NCBI GenBank assembly: GCA_037447605.1
Contig: CM074820.1
Location: 868,001 to 932,000 of the forward strand
Direction of reading: 5' to 3'
Source: Zygnema circumcarinatum SAG 698-1b
Lineage: Eukaryota > Plantae > Zygnematophyceae
Length of the DNA stretch: 64,000 nt
Numbering within the stretch: position 1 is the first letter of the stretch; every line of letters starts with the position of its first letter. A program made the translations under genes and the position numbers. Below, piece by piece: positions 13,524-25,011 of the stretch. Under the pieces are notes generated by a model that was given only the letters and a program-made list of their open reading frames with translations, made no database searches and was not told the DNA's origin.

Positions 13524-14150
13524 TTAGGGTTGAGGTCAGCGTTAGGGTTAGGGTTAGGGTTAGGGTTAGGGTTAGGGTTAGGGTTAGGGTTCAGGAGGTT
13601 GAGGGTTAGGGTTGGGTACTACAGAGTGAGGTTAGGGATAGGGTTAAGGTGAGGGTTAGGGTTAAGGAAATTAAGGATTGGGGTTAGGATAAGGTTTAAG
13701 GAACTTCAGAGTTGGGGTTGGGGTTGGGGTTAGGGTTAAGGGTTAAGGAACTTAAGGATTGGGGTAAGGATTAAGGTTAGGGTTAGGATTAGGGTAAAGG
13801 AACTTAAGAATTGGGGTTAGGATTAGGGTTAGGGTTAGGATTGAGGAACTTAAGGATAAGGGTTAGGGTTAGATAAAGGGTTAGGGTTAGATAAAGGGTT
13901 AGGGTTAGATAAAGGGTTAGGGTTAGGGTCAGGGTTAAGGACCTCAAGGATGGGGGTTAGGATTAGGGTTAGGTTAGGATTAGGGTAAAGGAACTTAAGA
14001 ATTGGGGTTAGGATTAGGGTTAGGGTTAGGATTGAGGAACTTAAGGATTAGGGTTAGGGTTAGATAAAGGGTTAGGTTTAGATAAAGGGCTAGGGTTAGA
14101 TAAAGAGTTAGGGTTAGGGTCAGGGTTAAGATTAGGGTTAAGAAATTTAA
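13524..14150 (+). repeat. Interstitial telomere-like TTAGGG array with degenerate units and a ~191-bp higher-order duplication
   Basis: Eight perfect TTAGGG at 13542-13589, then variants (TTAGGA, TTGGGG, ATAAAGGG, GGAACTTAAG). The block AGGGTAAAGGAACTTAAGAATTGGGG occurs at 13791 and 13982. Confidence 0.92.
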
Positions 14151-14317
14151 GGGGTAAACTCAGGGTTGATTCCTAAAGCGCTGCACGGAACTCGGCGTTC
14201 TTGGAGGGTGCGGAGGCCATGGGGGTACAGGGGTTTCGGGGCTCTCAGGGTTTAGGGCCTCCCTGGCGAGGCGGAGGTCCTAAGGGGAAAGAATGGCGAC
14301 CACTACCCGACAAGGCC

Positions 14318-14790
14318 GACACGTGCCGCAAAAAACTTTCTGAAAAACCGGCGGCTGCTGTCAAACTGAGGCAGGAATGATGACGCTTCATGGCGTCAGC
14401 ATAGCCAATCAAAAATTTTAGCTCACACATGTGACGAATCTCCATGGAGATGCCGTACAGTTATCCAGTCAAATCCCGTTGCGGATTACGGGATTCTCAC
14501 ATAAATTTTCCAGTCTCTGCGCTAATTACAGTCTTTTTTTACACGTGCAAACAGCCAATCATATTCTCCGCTTCCTAGTGATGACGACCTTCACACCGAC
14601 ATGGCGTCATCAAACTGTTATTCGTACTTTTTGAAGCTTCCGCGAAGGCATCAACCTCTTGCACTTGTCCTATCAAGGAACCTTCCCGGAAGCTGCCTCG
14701 TTCTATTTCAGGGCGGAACTTTCCTTGCCACCTGTACTTCGTCATATTCCAATGAAAACTTGCCACGTGTAAATAATGTTGACGTGGCGG
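14318..14790. promoter_or_regulatory. Cluster of ACGT-core (G-box/ABRE-like) and CCAAT motifs in the TRS33/FLA divergent intergenic region
   Basis: GACACGTGCC (~14318), ACACGTGC (~14541), GCCACGTGT (~14762), GACGTGGC (~14781), AGCCAATCA (~14403 and ~14553). Confidence 0.3.
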
Positions 14791-15107
14791 GCCCTCATTG
14801 GGCGGGAGGTCCCAAGAAGGCCCGCATCGCCCTCCCCCTTCCTCTTGGAGCCCTCCGCCTCCAAAGAGCGGGGCGGCCATGGCGGAAGTTACGTGCTCTC
14901 GGCCTCTCTCTCGCCTCTCTCCCACACCTTTAATACATCTCTCTCACTATCTCACTTTCTTTTCTCCATGGCTGCACGCCTCTCTCTCCCTCCTCTCCCA
15001 TGTGCTCTCCCGCCTATTGCATCTGATCTCCTGCGAGTTCTCCCCTCCTGGATGCCGCAGCAAGGAGTCGAAGCCCTCTCCTGCTTGAAATTTGATTTTA
15101 TAAAAAC

Positions 15108-15702
15108 ATGATATCGTCCTCTACCTCCTCCCACTTCCTCCCATCTTCCCTTCCCCTCCTTCTCCCCTCCCTCCTCCTCCTCCTCCTGCTCCCCTCCGCT
15201 TTCGCTGAAACCCTAAACTCTCCCCCTCCACCTTCCACTCCTGCTCTGACCTCTGAAGCCGGATATGAGATCCGAGAAGTGGAGCGGTCTCTGAGGAGCT
15301 ATGGAACTCAGAGCACGACCGCCACTCTCCTTTTCAATACGACAAATGTGGGAGCCGCCATGGCTGAGCTTCCAGGAGCGACTTTTCTCGCTCCCAAAAA
15401 CTCGGCATGGAGCAGTTTGGGGAGTCAGGAGGGAGGGCCGCAGCTGGAGCTGCTCCTTGCGGGGGCGATGGGGAACGTGGTTTTGATCAACCTTTTGAAG
15501 TATCACATCGTCACGGAGTATTTGCTGTACGTGGATCTGCAGGTGATGCTCTGAAGAGAAAGAAAAGAATTTAAGTGAAGGAGAGTTTCTGTGTTCTCTG
15601 TGTGATTTCTGCATCATGGAGTCGGGTGATTTGTCGATTTCTTTTCGATGATCATGTCTGAACTCCGTCTTCCTCCCGTTCTCTCTCTCCCTCTCTCGCC
15701 CC

Positions 15703-15734
<32 letters not shown>

Positions 15735-16282
15735 ACCTCTACCTCTCTCTCTCACTTCCCTCCTTCTATCCCTTTCTGTCTCTCTCCCCTCCCTCCTTGC
15801 TTTATTTATGTTATTTTGGCTCGCAGTTAACCGACAAGGGCGCAGGTCTTCCCACTCTCCTCAATCAGTCTGTGTACATATCACCCTATGACGGCCAGAA
15901 TTTCTTTTACACAAATTCATCCGAACCTGAGAAAAATTCGACGAGTGATGAGCCGGACATCCACCAGGACGGAGTCATCTCTGTTCAGGGCATATCGGAG
16001 GTCCTCATTCCGGACCTCTCTCTCCTTTGGTTTAGCGATTTTGAGGATGAGGGAGGAGGCCCGGGAGCCGCTCCTTCTCCCTCTCCCACTTTTCCGGTTT
16101 TCATTCCACAGTCAGTGGGCGAGCAGAGCCCTCCATCTCCGCAGTCTCTGGATTCGTTAAATATGATGTCAGGTGCTTACCGAATCTCACATTGTTTCAT
16201 TGGTAGAAGTAGGAGGGACCGGTGGGAGATGAAGGGGAAAATAAGGAAGTATTCGGAGGCTGTTTGCACGTGTGTGGGTTGA
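15108..16282 (+). CDS. FLA: Fasciclin-like arabinogalactan protein (single FAS1 domain); 3' end uncertain
   Basis: Exon 15108-15542 joins in phase 0 to an exon from 15827. Signal peptide LLLPSLLLLLLLPSAFA. FAS1 H1 TFLAPKNSAW, central LLKYHIV, H2 DIHQDGVISVQGISEVLIP, then Pro/Ser/Ala-rich GAAPSPSP...SPPSP. A possible donor at 16173 could add downstream exons. Confidence 0.85.
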
Positions 16283-17206
16283 AGGTGGGAGAGGAGGAGG
16301 ATAAAGGGAAGGGAAGGGAAGGGAAGGAAAGGGAAGGGAAGGAGAGGCTTGTCTTGGATTTTTTTTTTGTTTTTACTGCGGGCTTTGAGGAAGATTAGGT
16401 GACCGACTTGCTTAACATCTTGTGGTTGAATGAGGGGGGCCCCTACATGGGTCCGTAGTAGCCATTCATTTGGATGCAAGATAAATTTCTTTATGTAAAT
16501 AACTGTTATAAATTTCTGATAAATGTCGGCATGACTCCGTTGCAGGGGCGGTTCCTTTGGCTCCAAGCTTCACAAAATTCGACATTTTTTTCGTCCCGCT
16601 ACTGTTCGCCATGTTTCAATTATTTGTAGGAATTTGATCGCTTTCCCCTCTGCTGTTGCCGCATTGGAGGACGGACTTGGAAAAGAAAGGTGTATATGTT
16701 GTACTATATGATTTTGACTTACTTGATTTGTATCTGGTCTGAATTTATTTTTTTAAATAGATGGAGAGACATGGCTCGAATGAGGCATCCTTTGGTCTCT
16801 CACATTGCAATGTCTTTTTTTCAAAAATTAATCGTTTAAAGATTCAAAAGAGAGCTTTGTTGTTCCAATTTATCACAGACCAGAACTAAAACTTTATTCC
16901 CGCCTTCTGAGTTCTTAAATTTACAATGGCCCTCCTGACAAGCAGGTAGGCACCTCGTCTCCTTAAAACCCCTCGGATGCCTCCAATTCCTCGCGCATGC
17001 TAAAAATGGCCATGTTAAGCTTCCAAGCTCAACCCTAAAAACCCATCAAGCGAGGCCGAGGAAGTTAAAACTAACGCCTCTTTGCAATTGTGATTGCACC
17101 AAAAAACGCGCCCCACTAATAAATATAAATTTCCTGGAACCCTTCGAGAAATTAAATAGAAACCCTAATTTCAACCAAGCTCTGAGCATCGCAACGCTCC
17201 CACAAC

Positions 17207-20200
17207 CTAAAATCGGAGCTTTCTGGTCACACATTGTTCTAGAAAGGAGGTGGCTTCTTCCTCCCGGTACCGGTGACCCCGCCGCGGGAGACTGTCCAGC
17301 TGTCTGCTCACCCACGAGATCAAAGGGTCTACTCCTAAGTTGTTCCCCATCTGCAGGAGGTTTCAGAGCGAAGGGAAAACCTTTAGTTAGGAGATGGCGT
17401 CATGGGAGGTGGGTGATGGGTGATGGGTGATGGGTGATGGGTGATGGGTGATGGGTGATGGGTGATGGGTGATGGGTGATGGGTGATGGGTGATGGGTGA
17501 TGGGTGATGGGTGATGGTTGATGGGTGATGGGTGATGGGTGATGGGGGGATAGGAGATGAGAAATAATGATGGGAGATAGGAAATGGGGAATAGAGGATG
17601 GATGATGAGAGATGGGTGACGAAATATGGGAGGTGGGTGATGGATGCATGACGGGAGATGGGTGACATGCAGAATTTCAAAAAATAAAAAGAGGGAATTT
17701 TGCTAAAAGCGGGGGGCACTAGCATACTTCCACGTTTCATGGAGCATGCCAATCAGGCCAGCCAGGTGAAATAACCCGATTATGACTAAATTGGCCATGG
17801 ACAAACTTTACTGAGAGAGAAATGAGAGGAAGAGGGGGGCAGATGAAGAAAAGGGGCGGGAGAGAGAGAGTTTAGAGGACAGCAAAGGGAAACAGGAGAA
17901 ACACGGGAGAAGCACGAAGCAATGCCGAGACAGAGAGTGTGGAGAGAGAGGGTGGCCAGCTAAGATGGACGACAGAAAAACAACAGAAACATGCAAACGA
18001 GAAGAAAGGCCAAAAAAGGCATGCTGATTTAAACTTCAACCCCGCCATACTAAAGAATACCACTCTAAGTTTTGCTCCTTAACAACCCGATCTGACTCCA
18101 ATGGCCCTATCGTCTTGGCCTAAGCGCCTAAACAAAGACAGAGCAGAAGAGAAGAAGAACAAGAACAAGAAGAATAGAAAAATTGGTGATTCACTAGAAG
18201 GAAGAGAAGTGAACGAGGAAAGTGGAAAATTTCACCCACCTGGTCATATTTCAAGCTCAAGCAGTTCATCTCTTTTGCTGCGAGTTTTTTGTCATCTTCG
18301 TGCACATTGGGAGGCATCAACTCCAACACTGCCGTTCCGGGTTTCAGAAAAACGACATTGTCCATAGAATGGTCCATCCACGGCCCTATCATTAAATCCG
18401 CACGGCTCAGCCCTAATACCTGCCCCTCCCCGAGAAAGAGAAAAGAAAGGGCAGGGAAGGGGGGGGGAGAGAGGGGGGGCAGAGAGGGGGGGAGAGAGGG
18501 GGGGAGAGAGGGGGGGGGAGAGGGGGGGAGAGAGGGGGGAGAGGGGGGGGAGAGAGGGGGAGAGAGGGGGAGAGAAGGGGGGAGAGAGGGGGGGGAGAGG
18601 GGGAGAGAGAGGGGGGAGAGGGGAGAGAGAGGGGGGGAGAGAGGAGGGGGAGAGGGGGGGAGAGAGGGGGGGAGAGAGGGGGAGAGAGAGAAAAGCCGCA
18701 TCATTCAGCTACCAGTGTGTATTATCAGGATTCCTTGAAGGTTCAGTTCTCCAAGCATCTTGCAGTTCTAGGCTTTTAAGGGTTTAAGGTACATAGGCTC
18801 TACGAAATGTAATCGTTTGACAGGTGGATTACAAAGGTCCAAAGAGTAGGGCTAAATACAGTAACCCCCCTCTGAAGGACCCCTCTCTGAATGATAAAAC
18901 TGTAAACGTATCTTCATGCCCTCTGATTGGCCCTCGATAAAATCGACCGTGCGATAGAACGGACAAAAATACGGACACGAGGCTTCAGATCTCGTGCGGC
19001 TTTACATGAAAATCAGTTCGCCGACCGATGAACTAATTAATCTAATCTTTGGGCTAATCTGCTCTCCACAGTTCAGTGAACTGAAGCACGTGTTTAACAT
19101 CGCATGCGATGTACGAATTTAGCGCATGCGCTGTACATATTTCTGCACGTGTGGACTTGCTTCCCCCCCTAAACTAAATGCCTCTATAAAAACCCTAAAA
19201 AACCCAAAAAACAAATAAACCTTAACCTTAATGTAACCCCACAGTCGGCCCCATTTCGAGAAAGAGTATAGTGGGGTTTTCAGGATTAGGAGTAGGAGAA
19301 AAAAAGTTGAAGCTTGCGAGTTTGTGGGCTTTTACCTTGACAGAGCAGAACTCTCCTCGGGGAACAAGCGCTATTTGGCAGCTAAGTCCCGTGTCGGCAC
19401 ACTCTTGAGCTATAAGACTCTCCACTTCCGTATAGTTGAACCACTCCATTTTTGCCCAATTGGGTTGGTCTCCCACAAACGCAACTCTCACATTGGCATC
19501 AGTGTCGTCGAGAACACTCATTGTGCCCTTTCTTGGAAAACTCCTGCAACAAGCAGGGGAAAGCAATCAGATGCGAATAGGAGAGAATGAGAAGAGGGGG
19601 GGAAGAGGAGGAAGGAGGGAGGGAGGAGGGGGGGGANNNNNNNNNNGGGGGGAAGGGGAGGAGAGGTGTGGAAGAGAGAGGAAGAGTGGCAAGAGAGGGA
19701 AAGTGCGGGAGGGCAGGAGAGGGGTGAGAAAAGAAGATGCCGAGTAGTATGAATGGGGATCGATGAATTTGAACGAACAACAAGGGGGGATATTATGATA
19801 TCTTTGAAATTTGAACAGCATCCACAAACTTTTGGCTCCCTAAACCTCTGCTGACCAGCCCCACTCTCTCCCTCACTCTCACCTGCAAAACGCATGAACT
19901 GTTCTCCTCATAATATGCAGATCCTTATTGCACTCGTCTGAATTCATAGTATCCCGCTGCCTTGCAACCACTGAATAATCGAAACATTCGGGAGTTTTTC
20001 CATCTGCTGGCATGTAAGGTATTGCATTATGGCCCAAAAGTGCTCTCATAACCATTCCTGCCCAGGGGCTAAGCTGAGTTCTAAGCAGGCCATCATGGTA
20101 TAAGAGAACACGTGCAGGGCCAAAACACCCATGCTCTTCTCTCCAAGATAAGAAACTTGAAACAAGATTAAGCATAGTGAACCGGCCCTCAAATCCTTGC

Positions 20201-23200
20201 GGAGAATGAATCACAAAAGTAGTCCCCGATATTTGAGTTGCATCGTTAGGGATTGCTCCATAGGTGAGGAGAGCATAGCGGTTTGTGGTGACGTCAGATG
20301 GTTTTTGATCATTATCACCCTGCATATGAAAAGCGCCATTTCATGCTTTAAGGCGAACTGACGGTAGGGGTGGAAATGTGAAACATTGAACTCAGCCGAT
20401 ATGGAAAAGTTAGACATATGCGAAAAATCGTCATTTGAATTTGGATTTAGAAAATGTTTTTAAGGTTTGATACCTTACCTGGATGCAAAGCACTGCCCCT
20501 CGCACATTCTCTGACGGAATGATTGCCAAGTCTGCAAAAAATTGCCTCTCGAGAAATGGGGTTCTGCCCATGAATTGGAGGCTGGTTTGATGCTCTGAAG
20601 GATTGAAAATGGGACGGAACGATCCCGCCATCGCGGTGCCGAGTCTCCTTCTTCGAGAAAGCACAATGGCCTTATTTCGTTCAAAGTAAGTGACTGTTTC
20701 AGAGGTATTTCGGAGAGGCATGTATCCAAGAAAGCCCTCGATGTCATTCATGCACACACTCCTGAAGAAGGAGAAACAGAAAGCAAAAGTTCAATGAAGA
20801 ACGTTGAGTGAAGAAGAAGAAGAAGAAGAATCCCTCTTTGGAATAACATATAACAAAATGTAACAGATTGTAGTTTTAAGAATGCAGAATGACCTATGAA
20901 GTTTCCATGCCTAAGATGATATCACGCCCCACTGCTTTGCTGCATGAAGGTATATCAGTTAAGGAAGCATAATGGAAATAAAAAGAGAGAAAAAATGTAC
21001 CTTGACACATCATGGCTTCCACGGGAAGAGAGACCCGACGTTGTTCCATAGTCGAGCTTTGAAGGGTCTTCCATTAGAAGAGGAGGAAGACCTGACAACT
21101 GAGTTACTAGAAAGTTCATTGTGATATCTTCACAATTCTTATGAAAGTCAATGTAGTCTCGAGCAGCTTGTGGGGTGTTGCATGTGTAGGCTCTCAAGTA
21201 GTCTCCATGCATGATGAACATTTTTGTGAGAACCATGGAGTATTCCTGCTTAGGTCTCAACACATAGGCCAACTGCCTTGTTTCCGGAACTCTGAAATGG
21301 GCTCGTGGGAAAAACCCCACAAGTCTGTACGGACTTTCCATCCACCTTTCAAAAGCTATTCTTAAAGCATTAACGCTGACCTCAATGTCGTCATCACATA
21401 ACAAAATTGCTTCCGTTTCAAGGGACTTGATGGGTTTGAACCGATCGTTCAGACTATCGATTCCCGAGTACAGAATCTCTACAGGTTTTGAGACATTGAA
21501 GTAGGAAGGCTTGAACGGTTCCACCTTGGTGTTTCCCCAAACGATGTAAATTTTATGGACAAAATCTAACGATGCATATCTTCGAATCATATACATTAAC
21601 AGGTCGAATCGATCGAAGCAGTTCATCACCACACTTATTTTGTCCTTCACCAGATGACCCCTGCATTACTCCAACCAACCCACCATACTCAGTGCCTCTT
21701 ATAACCATACAGAGAAGAAACAAACAGTACAGTACGAAAACTAGTAAAACAAAGCAGGACAGCAAGCATATGTAGCCATATAGCCACCGCTTTCGCACTC
21801 AACTTCCGGCAAAATTCCCCTAGCTCTATCCAGCTTTATGATAACCTCTCCATTGAAAAAAAAACTGGACAATGTAGCTCCCCATTTAAAGAGACTTTCT
21901 CTAAAAATCAAGAGGGAGAGACGACGGGAGGGCGAGAGTTGGGGAATCAGAGTGACTAGAAGATGATGAAGGTCAAATGAAATGATTTTAACTGGTGTAT
22001 GACCTCATAATGGGGATGGTTTCAGTCTACCTTGCATAAGCCATGTAGTCTCTCTGACATTCCTCTGCAAGCTGAGGTGGCATTTTTGTCGAATCATTAT
22101 GGTACCGAATCATGGCTGTTCTTCCAATCGTATAGTACACGTCATCATACACTTGCCACCACATCCAATCGAACTGCCGAGTTGTTGGAAACTGCAACAT
22201 TCTCATCAACACAGATCTTCATTAATTTTATTAAGTCTTTCCCATCTCTACTGCATAGGGATCGATCACATCTGACCTAAAGGAGGCAGTAAAAACCACC
22301 ACCGCTTTCTAATAGACCGGGGACCATAATGAGCATTTGGTTCTATACCGGATGCAGGGGGGTTGCTCGTATTACAGTGACTTTTGACAAGTAATACTAC
22401 ATTGAAAAAGTGAAAGCAAGATCTTTGCATTACCTGCTTGTCCATCATCATATTCCAAGGCTTGGTGTTCCCCGAGAAATGCAAAACTTTGAGTCCAGGT
22501 GCAATGAACTGCTTCCAGGCTGGAGACACTGAGATTCGAACCAATGCATTGTATGTGTAGTTCAGATGATGCTCAGGTCCTTGTCTATACCAATTGGCAA
22601 AGTAGCTATTCAGAAAGCCCTGGTCTCCCACGTTGGGAGAGATTGTTGTAGCAACCTGAGGGACGAGGTTCGCAGAAAAAAAACGGAAAATGTCACAATG
22701 TTTAGTTTATACAAATATTCTTCATACCAGTTAAAAGGTACTTTTTTGACCTTTCAGGCCAGACCACAAATGAGGTTAGCCAAGAACCTAATTTTCCTCC
22801 TGATCAGCTGGTCAGTTTTGAAATCTCAAGTTCAGACAGCTTGTGCTTTGCCCAACTTCTGAAGGTTACAGAGATTGAAGACTAAGATTACTCAAAAAAA
22901 GCAAAGCAACGCCCACTTGTTGCTGTGAGCTGCTAGCTAACTAAAGCTTTGAAAGATTATAACATTTCATCTGCATGATTGCATTGCACATTTTTCTTGT
23001 TGAGCCACCTGGCCTTCATTAATAATTTGAGACAAGGTTCAACATTTTCTTATAGAATTTAGTGAAGATATTCAACAGCTGCCATCCAGTTAGGTGTTTC
23101 ATCTGTCTCCGTACATACTAAATTGTTTCATCTATTAGCTTACTAAAAAATACTAGTGGCACTCCTCCTTTTGCCCTTTAAATAGGCTCTTTCTGAACCC

Positions 23201-25011
23201 ATGTTTTTATTGAAGCAAGTAAACGTCATGCAAAACCAATTCTCCCTCAACTTCTAACCATGAGAATTTCCTATGCTTAGGAAAGTTTTCAGGGAAAAGA
23301 GGCTCTCGCTCAGCGAATCGTTTGAGAAAGAAAAATTTCCAGTCTACGCCAAACTCAGAGCTTCTTCTCTGCCCATTCTCTTCACAGAAGCCAATGGGAA
23401 AATCTACAGATCTGACAGCTTTTCAAACAGGAACTCAGAAAGCACAAGCCATGAGTTATCTGTACAGATAATCCCTTGCCATTGGCTAATCTTCTTTAAT
23501 TCGCTGCTGCAGAATTCAAGAGTGTTTTCCAAAGTAAAGATACAGAAAATTACCTTTGTAATCATGTCTTTGAAAACTGCACGGTTTGGCTCCAAGACCA
23601 TAAAGCCACTGTTGAACTTGTCTGGGGGGAGCGTGTCTGGGACAGCAGCCATCTCCGGGCGGGAAAAGACATCGTCAACATTATCGATTACAAGAAGATC
23701 GCTGTCCAAGTAGATAATTTTCTTGTATTGTATCATATTCCACATGAGGAGTTTTGAGTACCTGCTCCCAACCATGGCAAAAACCAATCTGTTGCAATGC
23801 ATGGCACTAAGCCCACAAATGCCTGGAAACTCCACTCTCCGCCACACGCTTTCAAATACAGTTTTTTATCATCTTCTTCACTTTGGCTGAATAAGGTCAA
23901 TTCGACAACGACAGAAGTTTAAATTCAACAAGAAGGGATAGGCTAGTATGTAAGGGGTAAGTGATAGACTTCAACTTCGACATCAAACTCTTTAAATGTG
24001 TTAGGGCAGGACTAGTCATGATTGCGATTTGTAAGCATTCATTCGGAAATGAAGTAAACAATTGATTAATGATATTGTCCAGACTACACTGTACATCTTA
24101 ATCCATCCAAATTCAACTCTCAAAAAACTTAAACGGTCGATACATTCGAGCTAATTGATGGTCTACACTACACACATTGTATGCTTAGGTCGATCCTAAT
24201 TCCAGCCCAAACTTCACTACGATGGAAAAGATTTGGGAAAGGTATGCATTCAAAAAATTGAGCTTTTAGGAATTTTAGACTTTTGCGCAACTGGACGACT
24301 GAAAATAATAGTGAGTGGACCTATTTTTGGAGCAAATTTGGGAGCTGAAGGGAGTATCCTTCAGTAAAGACTTTTGAGCCACAAATAATACGCATTTACG
24401 CAATCGTAGACCCCTCAAACGTTAAGAAAACCACTTAATGACTGTAGATCGTGATAGAATGTGAAGCATTCTTGCTGACAATGACAATGTACGTACCGGC
24501 AGGGTTTGTTGATTGCGAGACGATCTGCTGTGACTGCAAATGGATACTTCACTGGATTTGTGATGGGTTCAATGATTGCCCCCAGCACCTTCAAGGCATC
24601 CAGAGTGCGGTTTGAAACGTTGAGAGCGAGCACTACCACGTCGTGCGGAGTGCCTGTCCTCTTTACAGAATGCACCAAAACTGCCGTTGCCTCCGCCATG
24701 ACATCGTCGCAGAGAAGGGTTACATAGGCGTACTTTGCATGGGAATTGCCATCAAGAGATGGTTCTCCGAGGGAAGGAGAGGAGATGAGAGCGGGGCCAA
24801 GAGAAAGGTGCCACAGACCGGCGAGAAAAAGGACCAAGGAGAGCCGGGAAACCATCTTTCTCCACTGTATGAAGCCCTTTGCAGGCTGCAGAGGCGATTT
24901 TCCTGGTGTCTTGCTCGCAGATTGCAGAGTGCTGAGGCCATTTCTGGAGGGAGACCTCTGAACCGCGGCGCTGCCATTGCGGATCGGAGTTTTGGAGCCA
25001 ACTCCCGCCAT
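17207..25011 (-). CDS. Type II membrane three-domain glycosyltransferase: GT8 (glycogenin/IPUT1-like) + GT64 (EXTL/GMT1/GINT1-like) + GT61-like domain, ~1005 aa
   Basis: Exons 25011-24497, 23761-23554, 22655-22434, 22191-22031, 21660-21001, 20761-20479, 20319-19883, 19543-19336, 18419-18240 and (less certain) 17350-17207. All are GT-AG and phase-compatible, 3018 nt in total. GT8: AYVTLL, YSKL, YLDSD, FNSG, GDQGFLN, HFSGNTKPW, WWQVYD. GT64: SLNDRF, CDDD, LVGFFPR, YSMVLT, NCEDI, GYMPL. Third domain: LLYHDGLLR, PECFDYSVV, VFLKPGTAVLELMP. Confidence 0.8.
17411..17543 (+). repeat. (GGGTGAT)19 heptamer tandem repeat
   Basis: 19 units with one GGTTGAT variant. It lies in the putative last intron of the glycosyltransferase gene. 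Confidence 0.95.
18452..18692 (+). repeat. G/A-only low-complexity tract in glycosyltransferase intron 8
   Basis: Repeats of GGGGGGAGAGA; pyrimidine-rich on the sense strand just upstream of the acceptor. Confidence 0.9.
19637..19646. other. Assembly gap (10 N); further 10-N gaps at 26428, 31763, 36970, 38835 and 60057
   Basis: Runs of exactly ten N, i.e. placeholder gaps of unknown true size. Confidence 0.98.

Noticed and set aside
13419-13652. ORF with GLGLGL repeats, and the idea of a true chromosome end
   Set aside because: It is the translation of TTAGGG repeats, and unique genes lie on both sides, so the array is interstitial.
17383-17752. His/Pro-rich PSPITHH repeat proteins
   Set aside because: Translation of the (GGGTGAT)n microsatellite.
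21553-21798. Hydrophobic ORF as a separate membrane anchor for an independent GT64 gene
   Set aside because: GTG start, different frame from GT64, and lies mostly in T-rich intron sequence; the GT64 frame has a stop just upstream of the acceptor.
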